A stretch of 14,234 nt of DNA from a bacterium (GTDB lineage Bacteria; JACPSX01). Position numbers and translations under genes: made by a program. This document shows positions 14,119 through 14,234 of this stretch, in pieces. The DNA lies in NCBI GenBank assembly GCA_035288405.1, contig DATEAK010000276.1:1-14234 (forward strand). Reading direction: 5' to 3'. A model generated the notes under the pieces. The model was not told where the DNA came from. It searched no databases and was given only the letters and a program-made list of their open reading frames with translations. How positions within the stretch are numbered: the stretch's first letter is position 1; each line of letters begins with the position of its first letter.

Positions 14119-14234
14119 ATGGCAACTAAGGTAATTGCACTACGCGCTGGGGTCCGGCCGGAGAGGGGATTGTGGCCGGGGGTTAAATCAGTGATTTCCC
14201 CCCCTCCCCCCGTTCTCCCTGAGCCAGTCGAAGG

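Noticed and set aside
1-14234. CRISPR arrays, tRNA/rRNA genes, IS elements or transposase genes
   Set aside because: None seen. No short spaced direct-repeat arrays, no cloverleaf-compatible segments in the intergenic regions, no transposase-like ORFs or terminal inverted repeats.

Overview
GC-rich (~60%) bacterial window, probably from an anaerobe; GGAGGA-type ribosome-binding sites precede most genes. Almost everything of substance is on the minus strand. There are three blocks.

(1) 1-2323: a minus-strand operon of an IclR-family regulator, a MaoC-like double hot-dog dehydratase and a 3'-truncated amidohydrolase-2-like gene. The stop/start junctions are translationally coupled.

(2) 2450-4100: a small plus-strand island of decayed toxin-antitoxin-like genes. 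It holds an MntA-type nucleotidyltransferase, a DUF4415/BrnA-like gene, a small helical putative antitoxin and an internally deleted PIN-toxin remnant. The island is bracketed by two imperfect (~79% identical) ~70-bp direct repeats, both derived from the 3' end of a multihaem cytochrome gene.

(3) 4106-14118: the main item. A sensor histidine kinase whose periplasmic domain carries two CxxCH haem-c motifs is followed by an NtrC-type sigma54 activator. Next comes a 238-bp regulatory region with a good sigma54 -24/-12 promoter and an upstream inverted repeat. Downstream lies a tightly coupled eight-gene minus-strand operon. In transcription order: a degenerate (pseudo) receiver protein; an unknown 3-TM membrane protein; an unannotated 40-aa single-TM peptide; a PsrB/TtrB-like 4x[4Fe-4S] subunit; an NrfD/PsrC membrane anchor; an SPFH/stomatin (band-7) protein; a Tat-exported PsrA/PhsA-size molybdopterin catalytic subunit; and a NapC/NrfH-like membrane multihaem cytochrome c (six CxxCH) interrupted by an in-frame TAG.

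This is a Psr/Phs/Ttr-type complex iron-sulfur molybdoenzyme in ttrBCA-like gene order, with several unusual additions. I am not aware of such a module being described. The substrate cannot be inferred from sequence alone.

The ORF track uses ATG/GTG/TTG starts and longest ORFs, so several true starts are probably internal. Long antisense ORFs are treated as GC artefacts.
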